The notes: generated by a model not told the origin, from the letters alone. 64,000 bases of DNA from Caldilineales bacterium (GCA_037443945.1 JBBINH010000015.1:4475-68474), one strand, 5' to 3'; positions 31,697-41,014 are shown, counted from the stretch's first letter. Numbers and translations are program-made.

Positions 31697-33751
31697 ATGA
31701 TTGATATCGGTTACATTGCCCTCTTGTTCGCCTGCCTCACCGCCGCCTACGGCATCGTGGCCGGCTTCCTGGGTGGCCTCCGCCGCAACGCCGCTCTGGC
31801 CGCCAGCGGCCGCAATGCCCTCTTCGCAACGTCCGGGTTGGTCATGGTGGCCTCGATTGCCCTGTGGTACCTGTTGCTGACCAACGACATGTCGGTCGAA
31901 TACGTGTCCAGCCACAGCGAGCGCAATCTGCCTCTGTTCTATCGCTTTTCGGCCATGTGGGGCGGTCAAGCCGGTTCGCTCCTGTTCTGGGGGCTAATCC
32001 TGGCCGTGTACAGCCTCGTTTTTGTGGCCGTGGAGTGGAAACGACAGCCCCGACGAGGTCCTTATATCGTCGGGGTTTTGCTCATCGTCCAGCTCTTCTT
32101 CCTCCTCATCACGGTTTTTGCCGCCAATCCCTTCAACCGGCTGTGGCTCATGCCCGATGGCACGACCCACGGTGCCGTCTTCCGACCTCGAAACGCTGCC
32201 CTTTTCGTCCCCGCCGACGGCAACGGGTTGAATCCGCTGCTGCAGAACTACTGGATGGTCGTCCATCCCATCTTCCTGTACCTGGGCTACGTAGGGCTCA
32301 CTCTGCCGATGGCCCTGGCCGTGGCCGGGCTTCTGGCGGGTGATCTCGACAACCGATGGGTCAAACAGGTGCGGGTCTGGCTTCTTATCCCTTGGCTCTT
32401 CCTGGGCATCGGTATCCTCATGGGCAGTCAGTGGGCCTATATCGAACTCGGATGGGGTGGTTTTTGGGCCTGGGACCCGGTCGAGAACGCGTCCTTCATT
32501 CCCTGGTTGACGGCCACGGCCTTTCTCCACAGCATCATGATTCAGCAACAGCGGGGCATGCTGAAGGTGTGGAATGTCGTGCTGGCGTTTCTCAGCTTCT
32601 GGCTGGTGATCATCGGCACCTTCATCACCCGCAGCGGCATTATCGACTCGGTCCATGCCTTTGCTCTTTCCAACATCGGGCCCCTTTTCCTCAGCTTCAT
32701 CGTCTTCAGCTTTGCCGGCTTTTTGGCCTTGTTGTGGTGGCGCTTGCCCCTGCTGCAATCGGAGGCCGAGTTGGATTCGTTCTTCAGCCGCGAATCGGCT
32801 TTTCTGTACGTCAACGTCCTCTTTGTCGTGGCCGCGCTCGCCACTCTGTTCGGCACGATTTTCCCCATCATCTCGGAGGCGATTACGAAGACGAAAATTG
32901 CGGTCAGCGCGCCTTATTTCAACAAGGTCGATGGCCCCATTTTTCTGGTCCTTCTCGCCCTCATGGGCATCGGCCCCTTGCTGGGCTGGCGGCGCACTTC
33001 GCCGGAGATGCTGCGTCGCAATCTGACGGTGCCCATTGCGTTTGCCGTTGCCGTTGTTGTCCTCTTGGCGATGATGGTCACGCGACGATGGGTGCCGCTC
33101 CTGAGCTGGGGGATGAGCGCGCTGGCCCTGGGCGCCATTTTCTGGGAGTACTACCGAGGTGCGCGTGCCCGTCATAAAGCCACCGGCGAAGCCTGGCCTG
33201 TGGCCTTGTGGCAGGTCATGGTGCGCAATCAACGGCGGTACGGCGGTTACATCGTCCATCTCGGCGTTATCTTTATCGCCGTAGCCGTCACCGGTGCCAC
33301 CAGCTTCCAGTTCAACCTCAAACAGAGCCTGCGCCTGAACGAAAGCGCCAACCTGGCCGGCTACACCTTCACCTTCACCGGGCTCGAACAGGAGCGGGCC
33401 TCCAATCATAGCTCGGTGATCGCCCATGTGCTCATCGAGAAAGACGGCCAGGTCATCGGCACCCTCAAGCCACGCATGAACTTTTACGACGCCGTTCGCG
33501 GTCGCGAGATGGGACCGACCACCGAGGTGGGCCTCCACACCACGCCGCGCGAGGATGTGTATGTCGTGTTCAACGGCTGGGAGGAAAACGGCGAACTGGC
33601 CGCCTTTGAGTTTTTCGTCAATCCGCTCATGTTGTGGATGTGGATCGGTGGTCTGGTGATGATGGCAGGCACCCTTTTCGCCCTCTGGCCTGTGAGCGTC
33701 CAGACGACGCGGCGTCTGCCTGTTCCCGCTCCCCAACCCGTCTCGCCCTGA
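31697..33751 (+). CDS. ccmF: Cytochrome c-type biogenesis heme lyase CcmF/NrfE family
   Basis: 684-aa polytopic protein. WWD-domain signature 'MWGGQAGSLLFWGL' plus conserved His-containing TM helices. Confidence 0.9.
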   Translation: MIDIGYIALLFACLTAAYGIVAGFLGGLRRNAALAASGRNALFATSGLVMVASIALWYLLLTNDMSVEYVSSHSERNLPLFYRFSAMWGGQAGSLLFWGLILAVYSLVFVAVEWKRQPRRGPYIVGVLLIVQLFFLLITVFAANPFNRLWLMPDGTTHGAVFRPRNAALFVPADGNGLNPLLQNYWMVVHPIFLYLGYVGLTLPMALAVAGLLAGDLDNRWVKQVRVWLLIPWLFLGIGILMGSQWAYIELGWGGFWAWDPVENASFIPWLTATAFLHSIMIQQQRGMLKVWNVVLAFLSFWLVIIGTFITRSGIIDSVHAFALSNIGPLFLSFIVFSFAGFLALLWWRLPLLQSEAELDSFFSRESAFLYVNVLFVVAALATLFGTIFPIISEAITKTKIAVSAPYFNKVDGPIFLVLLALMGIGPLLGWRRTSPEMLRRNLTVPIAFAVAVVVLLAMMVTRRWVPLLSWGMSALALGAIFWEYYRGARARHKATGEAWPVALWQVMVRNQRRYGGYIVHLGVIFIAVAVTGATSFQFNLKQSLRLNESANLAGYTFTFTGLEQERASNHSSVIAHVLIEKDGQVIGTLKPRMNFYDAVRGREMGPTTEVGLHTTPREDVYVVFNGWEENGELAAFEFFVNPLMLWMWIGGLVMMAGTLFALWPVSVQTTRRLPVPAPQPVSP

Positions 33752-33760
33752 GCACGGCCT

Positions 33761-34291
33761 ATGTGGATCGTCGTTGCCTTGTTACTCTTGTTGGCGGCAG
33801 GCCTGGTCATTCTGTGGCCCTATCTGCGACCGCGCGCCACGGCGTTGACGGCGGCCGAGGCTGTGGAACTTGACCCGCGGCTGGCCGAGCTATACGAGCA
33901 GCGCGAGATGCTGTACAAGGCCATTCGCGATGCCCGGTTTGACCTGGAAATGGGCAAACTGTCTCCGGCCGACTACGAACAGCAGGAAGCCAAGTTGAAA
34001 TGGCAGGCGGCGGCCGTGCTGCGCGCCATTGATGAGCTGGAACAGACCCTGTTTTCGCCTCAACTCGATGCGCGTCTGGAAGCCGAGATCGCGGCCGTGC
34101 GGGCGGCTGCTCTTGAGTCCGCCACCGAGGAGGCGATCCCCGTTCGCGAGCATAACGGCGGCGCCATCGCTGCCAAGACGCCGGTCACGGCAGCCGTTGG
34201 GGATCGCTTTTGTGGCTATTGCGGCCATAAACTGCGGCCGGGGGACCGTTTTTGTGGGCGATGTGGCCGGGCCGTCCGGCGCGAGATGTAA
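33761..34291 (+). CDS. Membrane-anchored coiled-coil protein with C-terminal double zinc-ribbon
   Basis: N-terminal TM, helical middle, and 'CGYCGHKL...CGRCG' zinc-ribbon. Lies 10 nt after ccmF and may be a CcmH/CcmI-like accessory. Confidence 0.45.
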   Translation: MWIVVALLLLLAAGLVILWPYLRPRATALTAAEAVELDPRLAELYEQREMLYKAIRDARFDLEMGKLSPADYEQQEAKLKWQAAAVLRAIDELEQTLFSPQLDARLEAEIAAVRAAALESATEEAIPVREHNGGAIAAKTPVTAAVGDRFCGYCGHKLRPGDRFCGRCGRAVRREM

Positions 34292-34433
34292 GGCGAAAGA
34301 CGGTTCAGGCTTACCCTAAGAACAGCGCGCATGTCCTGGGCAAGACCGTCGCCTGGCCTGGGACCTATGGGCATCGGGGAGAGAGCGAAGAAGACTCGGT
34401 TCCGGAGTGTGTTGGCGCAAGAGCGGCAGGCAT

Positions 34434-34473
34434 AACGTTCTAACGTTCAAACGTTCTAACGTTCTAACGTTCT
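34434..34473 (+). repeat. Five tandem copies of an 8-bp unit (TAACGTTC/AAACGTTC), each with an AACGTT palindrome
   Basis: 'taacgttc taacgttc aaacgttc taacgttc taacgttc' read directly. It sits about 80 bp upstream of the FGE-like gene start. Confidence 0.9.
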
Positions 34474-34551
34474 CACCAACAGAAGATAGAACCGAGTCGC
34501 GAAGAATGGACGGCACCGCCGGCGATGGTGATAATGGCATAATCTCCCATC

Positions 34552-35403
34552 ATGGCCCGTCGTCCTACGCATCGCCTTATCTTCATCCCGGCCGGACCGT
34601 TCATTTACGGGCCGGAAGTCGTCTACGAACGCCATGCCGGCACGCGGCCGCTGCGCCCGCGGCAGACGTTATGGCTACCGGCCTTCTCCATTCAGGCCTA
34701 CCCGGTGACCTATGCCGAATGGAAGGCCTTTTTGGACGCCACCGGCTATGCCTGGGAAGGGCGTTGGTGGGCCATTCGCCGCCGCGGTTGGCGGCGATGG
34801 TGGCGGCGTTTTGCTCCGGTGGACACGTACCCGCCGGATATGGCAAACTATCCTATCGTGGATGTGTCCCAAGCCGACGCCCTTGCCTATGCCGCCTGGC
34901 TGAGTGAGCAACACGGTCTGGCCTATACCCTGCCGACCGAGGAGCAATGGGAGAAGGCTGCCCGTGGCACCGACGGACGCACCTATCCCTGGGGCGAAGC
35001 GCCGCCACGGCCCGAACTCATGCATTTGCCGGCCATCCATACCCTGGGCCTCGACTATTTCCTCTACAACCTCTGCCGCAAACCGACCATCGAGCGCGCC
35101 CGCAGCGGCTGGTACTGGCGTATCGGCACGCCTGTGCCCGTGGGTAGCATCCCGGAGAATCGGTCACCCTACGGTTGTCTGGACATGGCCGGCAATGTCT
35201 GGGAATGGACTCTCAGCCCGTATCACCCGGACGATCCCCGTTTTCATGTCGTCAAAGGCGGATCGTGGGGTTATAGCCCCCATCATACTGCCTGTTACGT
35301 GCGCTCGGCCTGCTCCATCACCATCCCCAGCGCCGTCTATCGCGCCCAGGGGACCGGTTTTCGCCTGGTGTGCAACGACCCGCTCCCTCCACCCCCGCCA
35401 TGA
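34552..35403 (+). CDS. Formylglycine-generating enzyme (SUMF1/EgtB/PvdO) family protein
   Basis: FGE-sulfatase fold signatures 'YPIVDVSQADALAYAAWL', 'RLPTEEQWEKAARG', 'GNVWEWT' and 'RVVKGGSW'. Confidence 0.8.
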   Translation: MARRPTHRLIFIPAGPFIYGPEVVYERHAGTRPLRPRQTLWLPAFSIQAYPVTYAEWKAFLDATGYAWEGRWWAIRRRGWRRWWRRFAPVDTYPPDMANYPIVDVSQADALAYAAWLSEQHGLAYTLPTEEQWEKAARGTDGRTYPWGEAPPRPELMHLPAIHTLGLDYFLYNLCRKPTIERARSGWYWRIGTPVPVGSIPENRSPYGCLDMAGNVWEWTLSPYHPDDPRFHVVKGGSWGYSPHHTACYVRSACSITIPSAVYRAQGTGFRLVCNDPLPPPPP

Positions 35404-36839
35404 CCGCCGATGCCCGTGCGATGGGCCGCAGCCTGTCGCTGATCAGCCTGAATAAGTTGGTCCAACTCCTCGGCGGCGTCCTCTGGGCCGCCATCATCCC
35501 CCGCTGGTTGGGACCCGAAGTCTACGGCCGCTTTGCCCTGGCCATGTCCATTTCGTTGCTCCTGTGGTGGGTGGGTGACTTCGGCGGATTGGAGGTGTTC
35601 GGCCGTTTTCTGCCGGGGCTGGCCGAGCGCGATCCGGGCGCAGCCCGCCGGCTGTTCGGGCAGATGTTCCTGCTGCGTTGTCCGGTGGGCCTGAGCCTGG
35701 TGCCCTTTATGCTCATCGTCGGGCCCTTGATCGCGCCCTGGCTGGCGGGCTGGCCGGCAGCGCTGGTAGGCCTTGCGGCAGGCTTACACATCATCTCGTG
35801 GACGAGCTATCACACCCTTTACGCCCGTAAAGAAATGGGCAAATGGGCCGTGGAGCTCTCGTGGCGGTTGATCACGCAAGTGCCCCTTGTCCTGCTCCTG
35901 GGTCGATGGGGACTGACGGCGCAGATGGCGGCCTACACCCTGAACGAGTTGATCTATCTGCTGCTAGGGCTGTGGTGGACCCGAAACGACTTCAGCCGCG
36001 CCGGGCTGCGACCGGACCGGCGTTTCTTGCGGCCTTATCTGGCCGTAGGGCTGGGTTTTTGGGTCACCAATGTCGGCCTGATCGTGCTCTTTCGCGCCGG
36101 CACCACCCTGGTGCAGCTCTTCACCCGTGACGCGGCCGAGGTCTCCTATTACGACCTGGCCCTGGTGGTCTTTTTCCTGATCTACACCATTGTCGATCAG
36201 CTTATCCGCGCCTTTCTGCCCATGGTCAGCACCTTCAAAGAGGAAGGACAAGACGAACGGGTGGGCACCTGGTTGCAGATCGTAGCGCAGTGGAGCGCCG
36301 CTTTGGGGATCCTGTTCGTGGTGGTTGTGCACTACACGGCCGCCTGGATCATGCCCTTCATCCTGGGCGTCGCCTATAGCCGATCGGCCGCCGTGCTGCA
36401 GGTGATGCTGCTGGCCTTGCCGGCCCTGGCCCTGGTCAGCGTGGGCACGGTGGCAACGGCCGTGCGTGCCAGCGCCCGGGCCAAACTGATTGCCATCCTC
36501 GGCGGCATCGTGGCTTTCGGCGGCAGCAGCCCCTGGCTCATTGCCCGGTTCCAGGCCATCGGCGCTGCCTGGGCCCTGGCCGTAGGCCTGGTGGTCTATG
36601 CCGTCGTCTTATTTGCCTTCATCCGTCATGACCTGCGGCTGCGTTGGTCGGCGTTGCTGGGCCTGATGGCCTTAGCACTGCCGTTGCTGGCCCTGCGTCC
36701 GCTCATCGGCGAACGGTTCGGGCTGGCCCTCACCCTCAGTCTCCTGGCTACGGTCGGGTATGTCGGCCTGGCTTTGATCCTGCGCCTGCTTTCACCGGCT
36801 CCCCTGCGGCTTGTGCCGCGCTTGCTGTTCTCTCGTTGA
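35400..36839 (+). CDS. MOP-superfamily polysaccharide/oligosaccharide flippase-like membrane protein (Wzx/MurJ-like)
   Basis: About 480 aa with roughly 14 TM helices. Start ATG overlaps the FGE stop (ATGA). Confidence 0.7.
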   Translation: MTADARAMGRSLSLISLNKLVQLLGGVLWAAIIPRWLGPEVYGRFALAMSISLLLWWVGDFGGLEVFGRFLPGLAERDPGAARRLFGQMFLLRCPVGLSLVPFMLIVGPLIAPWLAGWPAALVGLAAGLHIISWTSYHTLYARKEMGKWAVELSWRLITQVPLVLLLGRWGLTAQMAAYTLNELIYLLLGLWWTRNDFSRAGLRPDRRFLRPYLAVGLGFWVTNVGLIVLFRAGTTLVQLFTRDAAEVSYYDLALVVFFLIYTIVDQLIRAFLPMVSTFKEEGQDERVGTWLQIVAQWSAALGILFVVVVHYTAAWIMPFILGVAYSRSAAVLQVMLLALPALALVSVGTVATAVRASARAKLIAILGGIVAFGGSSPWLIARFQAIGAAWALAVGLVVYAVVLFAFIRHDLRLRWSALLGLMALALPLLALRPLIGERFGLALTLSLLATVGYVGLALILRLLSPAPLRLVPRLLFSR

Positions 36840-36842
36840 AAC

Positions 36843-37175
36843 GTGCGCCTGTCGGCGCGTTGTATCCCGTTACCCCGTTTCCCGAATCTTGGCACCATGC
36901 TGAGCCTGAGCGATCGTCTTCGTCCTGCCGAACATACGGCCTCCGAAACCACAGAAGGCCAAACCATCATCATCAACTTGCAAACCGGTACCTTGTTTTC
37001 CCTCAATACCACCGGCACGTTCATCTGGCAACGACTGGACGGCCAGACCACCCTGAACGAAGTGGCCGCCGCCCTGGCCGCAGCCTTTGGCGTAGGCACC
37101 GAGGTCACAGGACCGGATGTGTTGGAGCTGGCCACGGCGCTCTTGCAGGAAGGTCTGGTCTGCAAAGTTCATTAG
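36843..37175 (+). CDS. PqqD-family protein (RiPP recognition element-like)
   Basis: 'EGQTIIINLQTGTLFSLNTTGTFIWQRLDGQTTLNEVAAALAAAFGVGTEVTGPDVLELATALLQEGLV' is a close pattern match to the PqqD/RRE consensus. Translated start is probably the internal ATG 36897. Confidence 0.75.
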   Translation: MRLSARCIPLPRFPNLGTMLSLSDRLRPAEHTASETTEGQTIIINLQTGTLFSLNTTGTFIWQRLDGQTTLNEVAAALAAAFGVGTEVTGPDVLELATALLQEGLVCKVH

Positions 37176-37185
37176 CACAACCGAC

Positions 37186-39039
37186 ATGTGCGGCATTATC
37201 GGCTCGTATCGCCGGGATGGCGTGGTACCCGATGTGGCGGCGGGGCTTGCCTGTCTTATCCATCGCGGCCCCGATGATGAGGGGCACTGGCGGGAGCGAA
37301 GCGACCGGATTGCCGTGGTCCTGGCTGCGCGACGCCTGGCGATTATCGATCAGGAAGGCGGTCATCAACCCTTGGCGAGCGAAGACGGTCAGGTGGTGGC
37401 CGTTCAGAACGGTGAAATTTACAACTACCGTGAGCTGATGGCCGAGCTGGCAAAACGAGGGCATCGCTTTCGCACCCGTAGCGATACCGAAGTCCTGGTC
37501 CATGCCTGGGAGGAATGGGGCGAGCGTTGCCCGGAGCATCTGCGCGGCATGTTCGCCCTGGCCATTTACGACCGCCGTCGGCAGACCCTGTTTCTGGCCC
37601 GCGACCGGTTTGGGATCAAGCCGCTCTTCTACAGCTACGGCCGCGATTATCTCGTCTTTGCCTCGGAGCTGCCGGCTCTGCGACGGCTATTGCCAGGGGT
37701 CCCCCGGCTCAACGTCCGTCCCCTGCCGCGGCTGCTCAGCCTGGGCTGGATACCCGGCCCGGAGACGCTGTACGAGGAGGTCTTTCACCTGCCGCCGGCC
37801 CACGCCCTGATGCTCAGCCCAACCGAGATGCGGCTGTGGCGCTACTGGCAACCGACGCCACCCCCGGCCGCCGCACTGCAGCGGCCCCGGCATCCGGGCG
37901 AGACCTTGCGGGCGCTGCTGCTCACCGTGGTGGACCTGCACCGCCGGAGCGATGTGCCTGTCGGCGCGTTGTTGAGCGGTGGCCTCGATTCCGGCCTCCT
38001 GGTGGCCCTGTTGCACCGTCTTGACCGGAACGAGCTTCACACTTTTAGCCTCGGTTTTACCGACCCGGCCTACGACGAAAGCCGCTATGCGCGCATGGTG
38101 GCCGAGTCCCTGGGCGTGCGTCATCACATGGTGCGTTTTGACGAAGAGGCCATGGCGCACCTGCCCCGCCTGATCGTCTCTTATGGTCAGCCCGTGGGCA
38201 GTGCCACCCACATCGCCATCGCTCTGCTCTTTGCCGCCTGCGCTGCCCGGGGCTTGAAGGTGATCCTAACGGGTGAAGGGGCCGACGAGCTGTTCGGCGG
38301 CTATCCCTGGTATCGCGGTGAAGCGCAGTTGGCCCTCCTGCGCGGATTACCGACGCCCTTGCGTCAGGTCGCCATCGGTCTGGCACGCCGGTGGCGGGTG
38401 TCGGCAACAGCAGCCGAGCTCTTGCGCCGCCCGGACCTGTCCTTGCCGGAGCGCTATCGACGCTGGCTCAGTCCTCATGCTCCTGCGGATGCCCTCGACT
38501 GGCTCGTCCCTGAGCTGCGCCATCGGGTTGACACCTCATTGCCCTGGACGGCGCCCGACCCTGACCTGCACCCCCTTCATGCCCTCACCCTGCTTGACCT
38601 GCAAAGCCGTCTACCCGATTTTATCAATCTGGAGGTCGATCGGATGAGCATGGCTGCCAGCGTGGAGGCGCGCGTGCCTTTCCTCGACCATGGGCTTTGG
38701 GAGGCGATCTTGCCATGGGATCCGGGCCTCAACGGCCGGGAAAAGGCCCTGGAACGAAAGGCCGCGCAGGGCCTGTTGCCCCCGGTTATCCGGCGGCGGC
38801 GTAAACAAGGCCTGGCTGCGCCTCATGGCCGATGGTGGCGACAACCGCGCTTGCCCGATTGGGCCGAGGCCTGTCTGACCCCGGCGGCGCTGACGGCCAC
38901 GGGGCTTTTTCGGCCCTCGGCCGTAGCCGCATTGCGGGCCATCCATCGCGAAGGCCGCGGTTCCTATGCCACACCGCTCACGGCCATTCTGACCACGCAG
39001 CTCTGGCTGCAACAGGAGGATAAGCCCTCCATCGCCTGA
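37186..39039 (+). CDS. Asparagine synthetase (glutamine-hydrolysing) family amidotransferase (lasso-cyclase/AsnB-like)
   Basis: 'MCGIIGSY' Ntn glutaminase start with the Cys retained, and PP-loop 'LLSGGLDSGLLVALL'. 617 aa. ATG lies 10 nt after the PqqD stop. Confidence 0.9.
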   Translation: MCGIIGSYRRDGVVPDVAAGLACLIHRGPDDEGHWRERSDRIAVVLAARRLAIIDQEGGHQPLASEDGQVVAVQNGEIYNYRELMAELAKRGHRFRTRSDTEVLVHAWEEWGERCPEHLRGMFALAIYDRRRQTLFLARDRFGIKPLFYSYGRDYLVFASELPALRRLLPGVPRLNVRPLPRLLSLGWIPGPETLYEEVFHLPPAHALMLSPTEMRLWRYWQPTPPPAAALQRPRHPGETLRALLLTVVDLHRRSDVPVGALLSGGLDSGLLVALLHRLDRNELHTFSLGFTDPAYDESRYARMVAESLGVRHHMVRFDEEAMAHLPRLIVSYGQPVGSATHIAIALLFAACAARGLKVILTGEGADELFGGYPWYRGEAQLALLRGLPTPLRQVAIGLARRWRVSATAAELLRRPDLSLPERYRRWLSPHAPADALDWLVPELRHRVDTSLPWTAPDPDLHPLHALTLLDLQSRLPDFINLEVDRMSMAASVEARVPFLDHGLWEAILPWDPGLNGREKALERKAAQGLLPPVIRRRRKQGLAAPHGRWWRQPRLPDWAEACLTPAALTATGLFRPSAVAALRAIHREGRGSYATPLTAILTTQLWLQQEDKPSIA

Positions 39040-39285
39040 GTCGGGTTTACCGCCGTGTTCCGGCCGGGAGCAAGCATGCGAACCCTTGCCGACCACCGAG
39101 GGCGACAAAGCCATCCCACCGGCGGCTAATTGCCCGCGAGCGGGTTCTGCGTAATACCGGTCCCAACACGGCGGCAAAACGATGCCCTTTCATGGCGGCG
39201 TCTACCCGTGGCTGGTTCCACGCTCTCCTCGACCCTTCAAACCCCCTCGCACCCTGCCACAGGCTTACCGGAGGATTGAACGCCC

Positions 39286-39957
39286 ATGCTTTGCTACATT
39301 GACCTCGAACCCTCCTCGGCTTTGACCGACCCGCGCCTGCGCAAGGAACATCAGCGGGACCGCCACCACGAACAGGCCCTGTTCGCCAGGCTGAGCGGGC
39401 GACCTTGCCAACTGCTGGTCCTGGAACAAGACGTTGACCGCCTTGACACCATCGAGGCCGATGCCGTTTTGCTCAGCGGCCTGCGCAGCGATTTCACCGC
39501 CCATGACCCGGAGCATCTGGCGCGGCTTGGAGAGTTTATCCGCCGTTGGCCGAAGCCCCTCATCGGCTTTTGCGGCGGCCATCAACTCATCGCCCATGCT
39601 TTCGGCGCCGTTATCGGCCCATTAGGCCCCCTGTCCCCGGGCGAAGCCGATCCCGACCCCGGTTTCGGCCCCGGCATGCGCAAAGAGGTGGGGATGACCG
39701 CCGTTACCCTGCAGGAGGACGACCCACTGTTCACCGGTCTGCCCAATCCGGCCGTCTTCTACGAAGAACACTACTGGGAGGTCAAAAACCTGCCGCCCGA
39801 TTTCATCTGTCTGGCCACCGGTCCCCTGTGCAAGATCCAGGCCTTGCGCCATCGCCACCGTCCCATTTACGGGACGCAATTCCATCCCGAACGCGCCGAT
39901 GCCGCCCACCCTGCGGGCTGGCGGCTGCTGCAGAACTTTTTTGCCCGCCTTCCGTAA
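39286..39957 (+). CDS. Class I glutamine amidotransferase-like protein
   Basis: Nucleophile elbow 'LIGFCGGHQL' and 'YGTQFHPE' His/Glu motif. RBS 'ggagga'. Confidence 0.8.
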   Translation: MLCYIDLEPSSALTDPRLRKEHQRDRHHEQALFARLSGRPCQLLVLEQDVDRLDTIEADAVLLSGLRSDFTAHDPEHLARLGEFIRRWPKPLIGFCGGHQLIAHAFGAVIGPLGPLSPGEADPDPGFGPGMRKEVGMTAVTLQEDDPLFTGLPNPAVFYEEHYWEVKNLPPDFICLATGPLCKIQALRHRHRPIYGTQFHPERADAAHPAGWRLLQNFFARLP

Positions 39958-40047
39958 TCGTTCGGCCTGTTGCGGGCTTCTCGCCGCGATTTCCATTCGC
40001 ACAATCCCGGCGGAGCTTTGGCCGTAAAGCGCCCGGCCTTGCGCCCC

Positions 40048-40905
40048 TCAATGGCGCTCCGAGCGTGCCATACGCTCTTCCAGCTTGCGTTGCAGCCATT
40101 CCGAGACAATGGTCAGGATCCAATAGATGGCCGCCGCCAACAGAAACATCTCCATGAACTTGCTGTCTTTGCGCGCCAGGCGATTGGCCCGGTAGGTAAT
40201 CTCCCAAATCCCCATCAGGGAGACCAATGTGGAATCCTTTTGCATGGAGATGAACTGGTTGCCGATGGCGGGGATGACGGTGCGGATGGCCTGGGGAAGC
40301 ACGATAAAACGCAGGGTCTGCCAACGACTCATCCCCAAAGCCGCGGCGGCCTGCCATTGCCCTGCCGAAACGGCCTGGATGCCGGCCCGGAAAATCTCCG
40401 TCATATAGGCCCCGTAGTTCAAACTGAGGGCGAGAATGCCCGACTGCAAGGCACTCAGGATGAACAGTTCGCCGATTTGTGGATAGCCGGCATTGGTTAC
40501 CTGTTTGCCTAGCTGAGGTAGTCCCAAATAGATGATGTAAATTTGCACCAATAGAGGTGTTCCGCGAATAAGTGAGATATAAAAGGAAGAAATACCAAAA
40601 GCGATTGAATTGCTCGAAAGTCGTCCTAAAGCCCCCAAAAGTCCCAAAATTGAGGCAAATGCAATAGAAGCCAGCGAGACACCGATAGTCACCAGAAGAC
40701 CCTGCACAACAAAACCGGCGTTGTTCAGCATGTAGGCCGGATCCAACTGCAGCTGCAACAGCATAAAACTCAACAGCGCCAATAGGAACAGAATCACCAA
40801 CCCCACTTTCATCTGTTGCACCCGCTTCCGGCGCTCTGCCTCACGCACCAGCTCGACGGCCTGAGCTGCATACACATCTCGCTGCGACATGGTACCGGCG
40901 CTCAC
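40048..40905 (-). CDS. Polar amino-acid ABC transporter permease (His/Glu/Gln/Arg/opine family)
   Basis: EAA-like loop region 'AAALGMSRWQTLRFIVLPQAIRTVIPAIGNQFI', typical of the HisM/GlnP family. Confidence 0.85.
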   Translation of the reverse strand: MSAGTMSQRDVYAAQAVELVREAERRKRVQQMKVGLVILFLLALLSFMLLQLQLDPAYMLNNAGFVVQGLLVTIGVSLASIAFASILGLLGALGRLSSNSIAFGISSFYISLIRGTPLLVQIYIIYLGLPQLGKQVTNAGYPQIGELFILSALQSGILALSLNYGAYMTEIFRAGIQAVSAGQWQAAAALGMSRWQTLRFIVLPQAIRTVIPAIGNQFISMQKDSTLVSLMGIWEITYRANRLARKDSKFMEMFLLAAAIYWILTIVSEWLQRKLEERMARSERH

Positions 40906-41014
40906 GACAGTCCCTCACCGTTGCAAAAAGCGATACAAAGGCAAGAAAGTGACGACCGGCGTCCTGCCGGGGCCGATACTCAAAGCCCCGGCAGGACATC
41001 GCCGCAGACTCACC

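Noticed and set aside
31994-33736. 580-aa minus-strand ORF
   Set aside because: Antisense to ccmF, which has unmistakable CcmF motifs. Gly/Asp/Glu/Arg-rich junk.
34434-34473. CRISPR-like array
   Set aside because: The units are 8 bp with no spacers. It is a simple tandem repeat, not a CRISPR.
39040-39285. Short ORFs (17 and 32 codons) between the AsnB-like gene and the GATase as precursor peptides
   Set aside because: No Thr(-2)/Gly(+1)/acidic(+7-9) grammar, no RBS, and one overlaps the GATase RBS.
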